Below, piece by piece: positions 11,301-26,900 of a stretch of DNA of 64,000 nucleotides (position 1 is its first letter; the number at the start of each line of letters is the position of its first letter). Under the pieces are notes generated by a model that did not search any database, was not told the origin of the DNA, and was given only the letters and a program-made list of their open reading frames with translations. Source of the DNA: Centroscyllium fabricii. Lineage: Eukaryota. Position numbers and translations under genes: made by a program. The stretch is taken from positions 2,666,001-2,730,000 of the forward strand of contig JBNRSN020000089.1 in assembly GCA_051313645.2 (NCBI GenBank). The letters run 5' to 3'.

Positions 11301-14300
11301 CATCTGTGAACAATACATCTGTCAATATCCATCTGTGTACAATACATCAGACAATGTCCATCTGTGAACAATACATCAGACAATGTCCATTTGTGAACAA
11401 TACATCAGACATTGTCCATCTGTGTACAATAAAACCGACATTGTCCATCTGTGTACAATACATCAGACATTGTCCTTCTGTGTACAATACATCAGACAAT
11501 ATCCATCTGTAAATAACACATCAGACAATATCCGTCTGTGTACAATGCATCAGACAATGTCCATCTGTGAACAATACATCAGACAATATCCATCTGTGTA
11601 GAAAACATCAGACATTGTCCATCTGTGTACAATACATCAGACATTATCCATCTGTGTACAATACATCAGACATTGACCGTCTGTGTACAATACATCAGAC
11701 AATGTCCATCTGTGAACAATACATCAGACAATGTCCATCTGTGTACAATAAATCAGACAATGTCCATCTGTGAACAATACATCAGACAATATCCATCTGT
11801 GTACAATACATCAGACAATGTCCATCTGTGTACAATACATCAGATAATGTCCATCTGTGAACAAAATATCAGACAATATCCATCTCTGAAAAATACATCA
11901 GAGAATGTCCATCTGTGTACAATACATCAGACATTATCCATCTGTGTACAATACATCAGACAATATCCATCTGTGAACAATACATCAGACAATGTCCACC
12001 TGTGGACAATACATCAGACAATGTCCATCTGTGTACAATACATAAGACAATGTCCATCTTGTGTACAATAAATCAGACAGTGTCCATCTGTGTACAATAC
12101 ATCAGACAATGTCCAATTTTGAACAATACATCAGACAATATCCATCTGTGGACAATACATCAGACAATATCCATCTGTGTACAATACATCAGACAATGTC
12201 CATCTGTACAATACATCAGACAATGTCCATCTCTGTACAATACATCAGACATTATCCATCTGTGTATAATACATCAGACAATGTCCACCTGTGAACAATA
12301 AATCAGACAATATCCATCTGTGAACAACACATCAGACAATTTCCATCTGTGTACAATACATCAGACAACATCCATCTGTGTACAATACATCAGACAATGT
12401 CCATCTGTGAACAATATATCAGATAATGTCCATCAGTGTACAATACATCAGACAATGTCAAACTGTGTACAATACATAAGACGTTATCTATCTGTGTACA
12501 ATACATCAGATCTTATCCACCTGTGAACAATACATCAGACAATATCCATCTGTTTACAATACATCAGACAAATGTCCATCTGTGTACAATACATCAGACA
12601 ATATCCATCAGTGTACAATACATCAGACAATGTCCATCTGTGAATAATACATCAGATAATGTCCACCTGTGTACAATACATCAGACAATGTCCATCTGTG
12701 TACAGTACATCAGACAATGTCACCTGTGTACAATACATCAGATATTATCCATCTGTTAACAATTCATCAGACAACATCCATCTGTGTACAAAACATCTGA
12801 CATTGTCCATCTGTGTACAATACATCAGACCATTTCCATCTGTGAACAATAAATCAGAAAATATCCATCTGTGAGCAACACATCATACAATGTCCATCTA
12901 TGTACAATACATCAGACTATGTCCATCTGTGAACAAAACATCAGACAACATCCATCTCTGAAAAATACATCAGCGAATGTCCATCTGTGTACAATACATC
13001 AGACATTATCCATCTGTGTACAATACATCAGACAATATCCATCTTTGAACAATACATCTGACAATGTCCATCTCTGGACAATACATCAGACAATGTCCAT
13101 CTGTGTACAATACATAAGACAATGTCCATCTTGTGTACAATGCAACAGACAATGTCCATCTGTGTACAATACATCAGACAATGTCCATCTTTGAACAATA
13201 CATCAGACAATATCCATCTGTGAACAATACATTAGACAATATCCATCTGTGTACAATACATCAGACAATGTCCATCTCTGTACAATACATCAGACATTGT
13301 CCTTCTGTGTACAATACATCAGACAATATCCATCTGCGTGCAATATATCAGACAATATCCATCTGTGAACAATAAATCAGATAATGTCCATCTGTGTACA
13401 ATACATCAGACAATGTCCATCTGTGTACAATACATCAGACAATATCCATCTGTGAACAATACATCAGATAATGTCCATCTGTGTACAATACATCAGAAAA
13501 TGTCCATCTGTGAACAATCCATAAGACAATATCCATCTGTGTAAAGTACATCAGACAAAGTCCATCTGTGTACAATACATGAGATAATGTCCATCTGTGA
13601 ACAAAATATCAGACAATATCCATCTCTGAAAAATACATCAGAGAATGTCCATCTGTGTACAATACATCAGACATTATCCATCTGTGTACAATACATCAGA
13701 AAATATCCATCTGTGAACAATAATTCAGACAATGTCCACCTGTGGACAATACATCAGACAATGTCCATCTGTGTGCAATACATAAGACAATGTCCATCTT
13801 GTGTACAATATATCAGACAGTGTCCATCTGTGTACAATACATCAGACAATGTCCAATTTTGAACAATACATCAGACAATATCCATCTGTGGACAATACAT
13901 CAGACAATATCCATCTGCGTACAATACATCAGACAATGTCCATCTGTACAATATATCAGACAATGTGCATCTGTGTACAATACAGCAGATAATATGCATC
14001 TGTGTACAACACATATGACAATGTCCTTCTGTGTACAATAACTCAGACCATTTCCATGAGTGAACAATAAATCAGACAATATCCATCTGTGTACAATACA
14101 TCAGCCAATGTCCATCTGTGCACAATACATCAGACAATGTCCAGCAGTGAACAATACATCAGACAATGTCCATCTGTGTACAATACATCAGACGTTATCC
14201 ATCTGTGTACAATATATCAGACATTATCGATCTGTGTACAATACAACAGAAAATGTCCATCTGTGTACAATGCATCAGACAATGTCCATCTGTGAACAAT

Positions 14301-17300
14301 ACATCAGACAATGTCCATCTGTGTACAATAGATCAGACAATGTCCATCTTTGAACAATACATCAGACAATATCCATCTGTGGACAATACATCAGACAATA
14401 TCCATCTGTGTAGAATACATCAGACAATGTCCATCTGTACAATACATCAGACAATGTCCATCTGTGTACAATACATCAGACATTATCCATCTGTGTACAA
14501 TACATCAGACAATGTCCATCTGTGAACAATAAATCAGACAATATCCATCTGTGAACAACACATCATACAATGTCCATCTGTGTACAATACATCAGACAAT
14601 ATCCATCTGTGTACAATACGTCAGACAATATCCATCTGTGTACAGTATATCAGACAATGTCCATCTGTGTACAATACATCAGACAACATCCATCTGTGTA
14701 CAATACATCAGACAATGTCCATCTGTGAACAATACATTAGATAATGTCCACCTGTGTACAATACATCAGACAATGTCCATCTGTGTACAGTACATCAGAC
14801 AATGTCACCTGTGCACAGTACATCAGATATTATCCATCTGTGAACAATTCATCAGACAACATCCATCTGTGTACAATACATCTGACATTGTCCATCTGTG
14901 TACAATACATCAGACCATTTCCATTTGTGAACAATAAATCAGACAATATCCATCTGTGTACAATACATCAGCCAATGTACATCTGTGCACAATATATCAG
15001 ACAATGTCCAACTGTGAACAATACATCAGACAATGTCCATCTGTGAACAATACATCTGTCAATATTCATCTGTGTACAATACATCAGACAATGTCCATCT
15101 GTGAACAATACATCAGACAATGTCCATTTTTGAACAATACATCAGACATTGTCCATCTGTGTACAATAAAACCGACATTGTCCATCTGTGTACAATACAT
15201 CAGACATTATCCTTCAGTGTACAATACATCAGACAATATCCATCTGTGTATAACACATCAGGCAATATCCGTCTGTGTACAATGCATCAGACAATGTCCA
15301 TCTGTGAACAATACATCAGACAATATCCATCTGTGTAGAAAACATCAGACATTGTCCATCTGTGTACAATACATCAGACATTATCCATCTGTGTACAATT
15401 AATCAGACATTGACCGTCTGTGTACAATACATCAGACAATGTCCATCTGTGAACAATACATCAGACAATGTCCATCTGTGTACAATAAAACAGACAATGT
15501 CCATCTGTGAACAATACATCAGACAATATCCATCTGTGTACAATATATCAGACAATGTACATCCGTGAACAATACATCAGACAATGTCCATTTGTGAACA
15601 ATACATCAGACATTGTCCATCTGTGTACTGTGCATCAGAAAATGTTCATCTGTGAACAATCCATAAGACAATATCCATCTGCGTACTGTACATCAGACAA
15701 TGTCCATCTGTGAACAATACATCAGATAATGTCCATCTGTGAACAAAATATCAGACAATATCCATCTCTGAAAAATACATCAGAGAATGTCCATCTGTGT
15801 ACAATACATCAGACATTATCCATCTGTGTACAATACATCAGACAATATCCATCTGTGAACAATACATCAGACAATGTCCACCTGTGGACAATACATCAGA
15901 CAATGTCCATCTGTGTACAATACATAAGACAATGTCCATCTTGTGTACAATACATCAGACAGTGTCCATCTGTGTACAATACATCAGACAATGTCCAATT
16001 TTGAACAATACATCAGACAATATCCATCTGTGGACAATACATCAGACAATATCCATCTGTGTACAATACATCAGAAAATGTCCATCTGTACAATACATCA
16101 GACAATGTCCATCTGTGTACAATACATCAGACATTATCCATCTGTGTATAATACATCAGACAATGTCCATCTGTGAACAATAAATCAGACAATATCCATC
16201 TGTGAACAACACATCAGACAATTTCCATCTGTGTACAATACATCAGACAACATCCATCTGTCTACAATACATCAGACAATGTCCATCTGTGAACAATACA
16301 TCAGATAATGTCCATCTGTGTACAATACATCAGACAATATCCATCTGTGTACAGTACATCAGACAATGTCACCTGTGTACAGTACTTCAGATATTATCCA
16401 TCTGTGTACAATACATCAGACATTGTCCTTCTGTGTACAATACATCAGACAATGTCCATCTGTACAATACATCAGACAATGTCCATCTGTGTACAATACA
16501 TCAGACATTATCCATCTGTGTACAATACCTCAGACAATGTCCATCTGTGAACAATAAATCAGACAATATCCATCTGTGAACAACACATCAGACAATGTCC
16601 ATCTGTGTACAATACATCAGACAATATCCATCTGTGTACAATACGTCAGACAATATCCATCTGTGTACAGTATATCAGACAATGTCCATCTGTGTACAAT
16701 ACATCAGACAACATCCATCTGTGTACAATACATCAGACAATGTCCATCTGTGAATAATACATCAGATAATGTCCACCCGTGTACAATACATCAGACAATG
16801 TCCATCTGTGTACAGTACATCAGACAATGTCACCTGTGTACAATACATCAGATATTATCCATCTGTGAACAATTCATCAGACAACATCCATCTGTGTACA
16901 AAACATCTGACATTGTCCATCTGTGTACAATTAATCAGACCATTTCCATCTGTGAACAATAAATCAGACAATATCCATCTGTGTACAATACATCAGCCAA
17001 TGTACATCTGTGCACAATATATCAGACAATGTCCAACTGTGAACAATACATCAGACAATGTCCATCTGTGAACAATACATCTGTCAATATCCATCTGTGT
17101 ACAATACATCAGACAATGTCCATCTGTGAACAATACATCAGACAATGTCCATTTGTGAACAATACATCAGACATTGTCCATCTGTGTACAATAAAACCGA
17201 CATTGTCCATCTGTGTACAATACATCAGACATTGTCCTTCTGTGTACAATACATCAGACAATATCCATCTGTAAATAACACATCAGACAATATCCGTCTG

Positions 17301-20300
17301 TGTACAATGCATCAGACAATGTCCATCTGTGAACAATACATCAGACAATATCCATCTGTGTAGAAAACATCAGACATTGTCCATCTGTGTACAATACATC
17401 AGACATTATCCATCTGTGTACAATACATCAGGCATTGACCGTCTGTGTACAATACATCAGACAATGTCCATCTGTGAACAATACATCAGACAATGTCCAT
17501 CTGTGTACAATAAATCAGACAATGTCCATCTGTGAACAATACATCAGACAATATCCATCTGTGTACAATACATCAGACAATGTCCATCTGTGTACAATAC
17601 ATCAGATAATGTCCATCTGTGAACAAAATATCAGACAATATCCATCTCTGAAAAATACATCAGAGAATGTCCATCTGTGTACAATACATCAGACATTATC
17701 CATCTGTGTACAATACATCAGACAATATCCATCTGTGAACAATACATCAGACAATGTCCACCTGTGGACAATACATCAGACAATGTCCATCTGTGTACAA
17801 TACATAAGACAATGTCCATCTTGTGTACAATAAATCAGACAGTGTCCATCTGTGTACAATACATCAGACAATGTCCAATTTTGAACAATACATCAGACAA
17901 TATCCATCTGTGGATAATACATCAGACAATATCCATCTGTGTACAATACATCAGACAATGTCCATCTGTACAATACATCAGACAATGTCCATCTCTGTAC
18001 AATACATCAGACATTATCCATCTGTGTATAATACATCAGACAATGTCCACCTGTGAACAATAAATCAGACAATATCCATCTGTGAACAACACATCAGACA
18101 ATTTCCATCTGTGTACAATACATCAGACAACATCCATCTGTGTACAATACATCAGACAATGTCCATCTGTGAACAATATATCAGATAATATCCATCTGTG
18201 TACAATACATCAGACAATATCCATCTGTGTACAATACATCAGACAATATCCAACTGTGTACAGTATATCAGAAAAATGTCCATCTGTGTAAAATACATCA
18301 GACAATATCCATCTGTGTACAGTACATCAGAGAATGTCCATCTGTGAACAATACATCAGATAATGTCCATCTGTGTACAGTACATCAGACAATGTCCATC
18401 TGTGTACAGTACATCAGACAATGTCACCCGTGTACAGTACATCAGATATTATCCATCTGTGAACAATACATCAGTCAACATCCATCTGTGTACAATACAT
18501 CAGACAAATGTCCATCTGTGTACAATACATCAGACAATATCCATCAGTGTACAATAAATCAGACAATGTCCATCTGTGTACAATACATCAGACAAATGTC
18601 CATCTGTGTACAATACATCAGACAATATCCATCAGTGTACAATACATCAGACAATGTCAAACTGTGTACAATACATAAGACGTTATCTATCTGTGTACAA
18701 TACATCAGATATTATCCACCTGTGAACAATACATCAGACAATATCCATCTGTTTACAATACATCAGACAAATGTCCATCTGTGTACAATACATCAGACAA
18801 TATCCATCAGTGTACAATACATCAGACAATGTCCATCTCTGAATAATACATCAGATAATGTCCACCTGTGTACAATACATCAGACAATGTCCATCTGTGT
18901 ACAGTACATCAGACAATGTCACCTGTGTACAATACATCAGATATTATCCATCTGTGAACAATTCATCAGACAACATCCATCTGTGTACAAAACATCTGAC
19001 ATTGTCCATCTGTGTACAATACATCAGACCATTTCCATCTGTGAACAATAAATCAGACAATATCCATCTGTGTACAATACATCAGCCAATGTACATCTGT
19101 GCACAATATATCAGACAATGTCCAACTGTGAACAATACATCAGACAATGTCCATCTGTGAACAATACATCTGTCAATATCCATCTGTGTACAATACATCA
19201 GACAATGTCCATCTGTGAACAATACATCAGACAATGTCCATTTGTGAACAATACATCAGACATTGTCCATCTGTGTACAATAAAACCGACATTGTCCATC
19301 TGTGTACAATACATCAGACATTGTCCTTCTGTGTACAATACATCAGACAATATCCATCTGTAAATAACACATCAGACAATATCCGTCTGTGTACAATGCA
19401 TCAGACAATGTCCATCTGTGAACAATACATCAGACAATATCCATCTGTGTAGAAAACATCAGACATTGTCCATCTGTGTACAATACATCAGACATTATCC
19501 ATCTGTGTACAATACATCAGACATTGACCGTCTGTGTACAATACATCAGACAATGTCCATCTGTGAACAATACATCAGACAATGTCCATCTGTGTACAAT
19601 AAATCAGACAATGTCCATCTGTGAACAATACATCAGACAATATCCATCTGTGTACAATACATCAGACAATGTCCATCTGTGTACAATACATCAGATAATG
19701 TCCATCTGTGAACAAAATATCAGACAATATCCATCTCTGAAAAATACATCAGAGAATGTCCATCTGTGTACAATACATCAGACATTATCCATCTGTGTAC
19801 AATACATCAGACAATATCCATCTGTGAACAATACATCAGACAATGTCCACCTGTGGACAATATATCAGACAATGTCCATCTGTGTACAATACATAAGACA
19901 ATGTCCATCTTGTGTACAATACATCAGACAGTGTCCATCTGTGTACAATACATCAGACAATGTCCAATTTTGAACAATACATCAGACAATATCCATCTGT
20001 GGACAATATATCAGACAATATCCATCTGTGTACAATACATCAGACAATGTCCATCTGTACAATACATCAGACAATGTCCATCTCTGTACAATACATCAGA
20101 CATTATCCATCTGTGAACAACACATCAGACAATTTCCATCTGTGTACAATACATCAGACAACATCCATCTGTGTACAATACATCAGACAATGTCCATCTG
20201 TGAACAATATATCAGATAATGTCCATCTGTGTACAATACATCAGACAATATCCATCTGTGTACAATACATCAGACAATATCCAACTGTGTACAGTATATC

Positions 20301-20900
20301 AGAAAAATGTCCATCTGTGTAAAATACATCAGACAATATCCATCTGTGTACAGTACATCAGAGAATGTCCATCTGTGAACAATACATCAGATAATGTCCA
20401 TCTGTGTACAGTACATCAGACAATGTCCATCTGTGTACAGTACATCAGACAATGTCACCCGTGTACAGTACATCAGATATTATCCATCTGTGAACAATAC
20501 ATCAGTCAACATCCATCTGTGTACAATACATCAGACAAATGTCCATCTGTGTACAATACATCAGACAATATCCATCAGTGTACAATAAATCAGACAATGT
20601 CCATCTGTGTACAATACATCAGACAAATGTCCATCTGTGTACAATACATCAGACAATATCCATCAGTGTACAATACATCAGACAATGTCAAACTGTGTAC
20701 AATACATAAGACGCTATCTATCTGTGTACAATACATCAGATATTATCCACCTGTGAACAATACATCAGACAATATCCATCTGTTTACAATTCATCAGACA
20801 AATGTCCATCTGTGTACAATACATCAGACAATATCCATCAGTGTACAATACATCAGACAATGTCCATCTGTGTCAAATACATCAGACAATATCCATCTGT
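8330..20900. repeat. Patchwork of recent higher-order duplications (offsets 1880, 2089/2031, 3737, 4545, 5762 bp); boundaries approximate
   Basis: Near-identical ORF pairs: 8588/13133 and 9621/14166 (4545); 10181/15943 and 12320/18082 (5762); 10814/14551 (3737); 10181/12061 (1880); 16981/19070 (2089); 18363/20394 (2031). Confidence 0.85.
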
Positions 20901-23900
20901 GAACAATATATCAGAAAATGTCCATCTGTGCACAATATATAAGACATTATCAATCTGTGTTCAATACATCAGACATTATCCATCTGTGTAAAATACATCA
21001 GACAATATCTATCTGTGAATAATACATCAGAAAAATTCCATCAGTGTACAATACATCAGACATTATCCATCTGTCAATAACACATCAGACAATATCCGTC
21101 TGTGTACAATGCATCAGAAAATGTCCATCTGTGAACAATACATCAGACAATATCCATCTGTGTAAAAAACATCAGACATTGTCCATCTGTGTACAATACA
21201 TCAGACAATATCCATCTGTGTACAATACATCAGACATTGACCGTCTGTGTACAATACTTCAAACAATATCCATCTGTGAACAATAAATCGGACAATGTCC
21301 ATCTGTGTACAATAAATCAGACAATGTCCATCTGTGAACAATACATCAGACAATATCCATCTGTGTACAATACATCAGAGAATGTCCATCTGTGAACAAT
21401 AAATCAGACAATGTCCATCTGTGAACAATACATCAGACAATGTGCATCTGTGAACAATACATCAGCAAAATCCCATCTGTGTACAATACATCAGACAATG
21501 TCCATCTGTGTACAATACATCAGACAATGTCTATCTGTGTACAATACATCAGACAATATCCATCTTTGAACTATACATCAGCCAATGCCCATCTGTGTAC
21601 AATACATCAGACAATGTCTATCTGTGTACAATACATCAGACAATATCCATCTTTGAACAATACATCAGACAATGTCCATCTGTGTACAATACATCAGAAA
21701 ATGTCCATCTGTGAACAATCCATAAGACAAAATCCATCTGTGTACAGTACATCATACAATGTCCATCTGTGTACAATACATCAGACAATGTCCATCTGTG
21801 AACAAAACATCAGAGAATATCCATCTGTGTACACTAAATCAGAAAATATCCATCTGTGTACAATACGTCAGACATTATCCATCTGTATACAATTCATCTG
21901 ACATTATCCATCTGTGTACAATATATCAGACAGTATCCATCTGGGAACAATACATCAGAAAATGTCCATCTGTGTACAATACATCAGACAATGTCCGTCT
22001 GTGTACAATACATAAGACAATGACCATCTTGTGTACAATACATCAGACAATGTCCATCTGTGTACAATACATCAGACAATATCGATCTGTGTACAATACA
22101 TCAGTCAATGTCCATCTGAACAATACATCAGACAATGTCCATCTGTGCACAATACATCAGACATTATCCATCTGTGTACAATTCATCAGACAATGTCCAT
22201 CTGTGAACAATAAATCAGACAATATCCACCTGTGAACAACACATCAGACAATGTCCATCTGTGAACAATACATCAGACAATATTCATCTGTGTACAATAC
22301 ATCAGACAATATCCATCTGTGTACAGTATATCAGACAATGTCCATCTGTGTACAATACATCAGGCAATATCCATCTGTGTACAATACATCAGACAATGTC
22401 CATCTGTGAACAATACACCAGATAATGTCCATCTGTGTACAATACATCAGAAAATGTCCATCTGTGTACAGTACATCAGAAAATGTCACCTGTGTACAGT
22501 ACATCAGATATTATCCATCTGTGAACAATTCATCAGACAACATCCATCTGTGTACAATACATCAGACATTGTCCATCTGTGTACAATATATCAGACCATT
22601 TCCATCTGTGAACAATAAATCAGACAATATCCATCTGTGTACAATACATCAGCCAATGTCCATCTGTGCACAATACATCAGACAATGTCCATCTGTGAAC
22701 AATATATCAGACAATGTCCATCTGTGAACAATACATCTGACAATATCCATCTGTGTACAATACATCAGACAATGTCCATCTGTGAACAATACATCAGACA
22801 ATGTCCATCTGTGAACAATACATCAGACATTGTTCATCTGTGTACAATACATCAGACATTGTCCATCTGTGTACAATACATCAGACATTGTCCTTCTGTG
22901 TACAATACATCAGACAATATCCATCTGTGTACAATATATAAGACAATGTCCATCTGTGAACAATACATCAGATAATGTCCAGCTGTGTACAATACATCAG
23001 ACAATTTCCAACTGTGTACAATACATCAGACAATATCCATCTGTGAACAATACATCAGATAATGTCCATCTGTGTACAATACATCAGAAAATGTCCATCT
23101 GAGAACAATCCATAAGACAATATCCATCTGTGTACAGTACATCAGACAATGTCCATCTGTGTACAATACATCAGATAATGTCCATCTGTGAACAAAATAT
23201 CAGACAATATCCATCTCTGAAAAATACATCAGAGAATGTCCATCTGTGTACAATACATCAGACATTATCCATCTGTGTAAAATACACCAGACAATATCCA
23301 TCTGTGAACAATATATCAGACAATGTCCACCTGTGGACAATACATCAGACAATGTCCATCTGTGTACAATACATAAGACAATGTCCATCTTGTGTACAAC
23401 ACATCAGGCAGTGTCCACCTGTGTACAATACATCAGACAATGTCCAATTTTGAACAATACATCAGACAATATCCGTCTGTGGACAATACATCAGACAATA
23501 TCCATCTGTGTACAATATATCAAACAATGTCCATCTGTACAATACATCAGACAATGTCCATCTGTGTACAATAGATCAGTCATTATCCATCTGTGAATAA
23601 TAATGCATCAGACAATGTCCATCTGTGAACAATAAATCAGACAATATTCATCTGTGAACAAGACATCAGACAATGTCCATCTGTGTACAATACATCAGAC
23701 AATATACATCTGTGTACAATACATCAGACAATATATATCTGTGTACAGTATATCAGAAAAATGTCCATCTGTGTAAAATACATCGGACAATATCCATCTG
23801 TGTACAATACATCAGACAATGTCCATCTGTGAACAATACATCAGATAATGTCCATCTGTGTACAATGCATCAGACAATATCCATCTGTGTACAGTACATC

Positions 23901-26900
23901 AGACAATGTCACCTGTGTACAGTACATCAGATACTATCCATCTGTGAACAATACACCAGAAAACATCCATCTGTGTACAATACATCAGACAAATTTCCAT
24001 CTGTGTACAATTCATCAGACAATATACATCAGTTTACAATATATCAGACAATGTCCATCTGTGTACAATACATCAGACAAATGTCCATCTGTGTACAATA
24101 CATCAGACAATATCCATCAGTGTACAATACATCAGACAATGTCCATCTGTGTACAATACATCAGACAATATCCATCTGTGAACAATATATCAGAAAATGT
24201 CCATCTGTGCACAATACATAAGACATTATCAATCTGTGTACAATACATCAGACATTATCAATCTGTGTAAAATACATCAGACAATATCCATCTGTGAATA
24301 ATACATCAGAAAAAGTCCATCAGTGTACAATACATCAGACATTATCCATCTGTGAATAACACACCAGACAATATCCGTCTGTGTACAATGCATCAGACAA
24401 TATCCATCTGTGAACAATACATCAGACAATATCCATCTGTGTAGAAAACATCAGACATTGTCCATCTGTGTACAATACATCAGACATTATCCATCTGTGT
24501 ACAATACATCAGACATTGACCGTCTGTGTACAATACATCAGACAATGTCCAGCTGTGAACAATACATCAGACAATGTCCATCTGTGTTCAATAAATCAGA
24601 CAATGTCCATCTGTGAACAATACATCAGACAATATCCATCTGTGTACAATACATCAGAGAATGTCCATCTGTGAACAAAAAATCAGACAATGTCCATCTG
24701 TGAACAATATATCAGACAATGTCCATCTGTGTACAATACATCAGACATTGTCCATCTGTGTACAATACCTCAGACATTGTCCATCTGTGTACAATACATC
24801 TGATAATATCCATCTGTGTACAATACATCAGACAATGTCCATCTGTGAACAATACATCAGACAATGTGCATCTGTGAACAATACATCAGCCAATGTCCAT
24901 CTGTGTACAATACATCAGACAATGTCCATCTGTGTACAATACATCAGACAATATCCATCTTTGAACAATACATCAGACAATGTCCATCTGTGTGCAATAC
25001 ATCAGAAAATGTCCAATTGTGAACAATCCATAAGACAAAATCCATCTGTGTACAGTACATCATACAATGTCCATCTGTGTACAATACATCAGACAATGTC
25101 CATCTGTGAACAAAATATCAGACAATATCCATCTCTGAACAATACATCAGAGAATATCCATCTGTGTACAATACATCAGACAATATCCATCTGTATACAA
25201 TTCATCAGACATTATCCATCTGTGTACAATACATCAGACAGTATCCGTCTGGGAACAATACATCAGACAATGTCCATCTGTGTACAATACATCAGACAAT
25301 GTCCGTCTGTGTACAATACATAAGACAATGACCATCTTGTGTACAATACATCAGACAATGTCCATCTGTGTACAATACATCAGACAACGTCCATCTGTGA
25401 ACAATACATCAGAAAATATCCATCTGTGAAAAATACATCAGACAATATCCATCTGTGTACAATACATCAGACAATGTCCAACTGTGAACAAAACATCAGA
25501 CAATATCCATCTCGGAAAAATACATCAGAGAATGTCCATCTCTGTACAATACATCAGACATTATCCATCTGCGTACAATACATCAGACAATATCCATCTG
25601 TGAACAATACACCAGACAATGGCCATCTGTGGACAATACATCAGACAATGTCCATCTGTGTACAATACATAAGACAATGTCCATCTTGTGTACAATACAT
25701 CAGACAATGTCCATCTGTGTACAATACATCAGACAATGTCCATCTTTGAACAATACATCAGACAATATCCATCTGTGAACAATACATCAGACAATATCCA
25801 TCTGTGTAAAATATATCAGACAATGTCCATCTGTACAATACATCAGACAATGTCCATCTGTGTACAATACATCAGACATTATCCATCTGTGTACAATACA
25901 TCAGACAATGTCCATCTGTGAACAATAAATCAGACAATATCCATCTGTGAACAACACATCTGACAATGTCCATCTGTGTACAATATATCAGACAATATCC
26001 ATCTGTGTACAATACATCAGACAATATCAATCTGTGCACAATATATGACATTATCAATCTGTGTACAATACATCAGACATTATCCATCAGTGTAAAACAC
26101 ATCAGACAATATCCATCTGTGAATAACACATCAGATAATGTCCATCTGTGTACAATACATCAGACATTATCCATCTGTGAATAACACATCAGACAATATC
26201 CATCTGTGCACAATGCATCAGACAATGTCCATCTGTGAACAACACATCAGACAATATCCATCAGTGTAGAAAACATCAGACATTGTCCATCTGTGTACAA
26301 TTCATCAGACATTATCCATCTGTGTACAATACATCAGACTTTGTCCTTCTGTGTACAATACTTCAGACAATGTCCATCTGTGAACAATACATCAGACAAT
26401 GTCCATCTGTGTACAATAAATCAGACAATGTCCATCTGTGAACAATACATCAGACAATATCCATCTGTGTACAATACATCAGAGAATGTCCATCTGTTAA
26501 CAATAAATCAGACAATGTCCATCTGTGAACAATACATCAGACAATGTCCATCTGTGTACAAAACATCAGACATTGTCCATCTGTGTACAATGCATCAGAC
26601 ATTGTCCATCTGTGTACAATACATCTGACAATACCCATCTGTGTACAATACATCAGACAATGTCCATCTATTAACAATTCATCAGACAATGTCCATCTGT
26701 GAACAATACATCAGCCAATGCCCATCTGTGTACAATACATCAGACAATGTCCATCTGTGTCCAATACATCAGACAATATCCATCTTTGAACAGTAAATCA
26801 GACAATGTCCATCTGTGTACAATACATCAGCGAATGTCCATCTGTGAACAATCCATAAGACAATATCCATCTGTGTACAGTACATCAGACAATGTCCATC

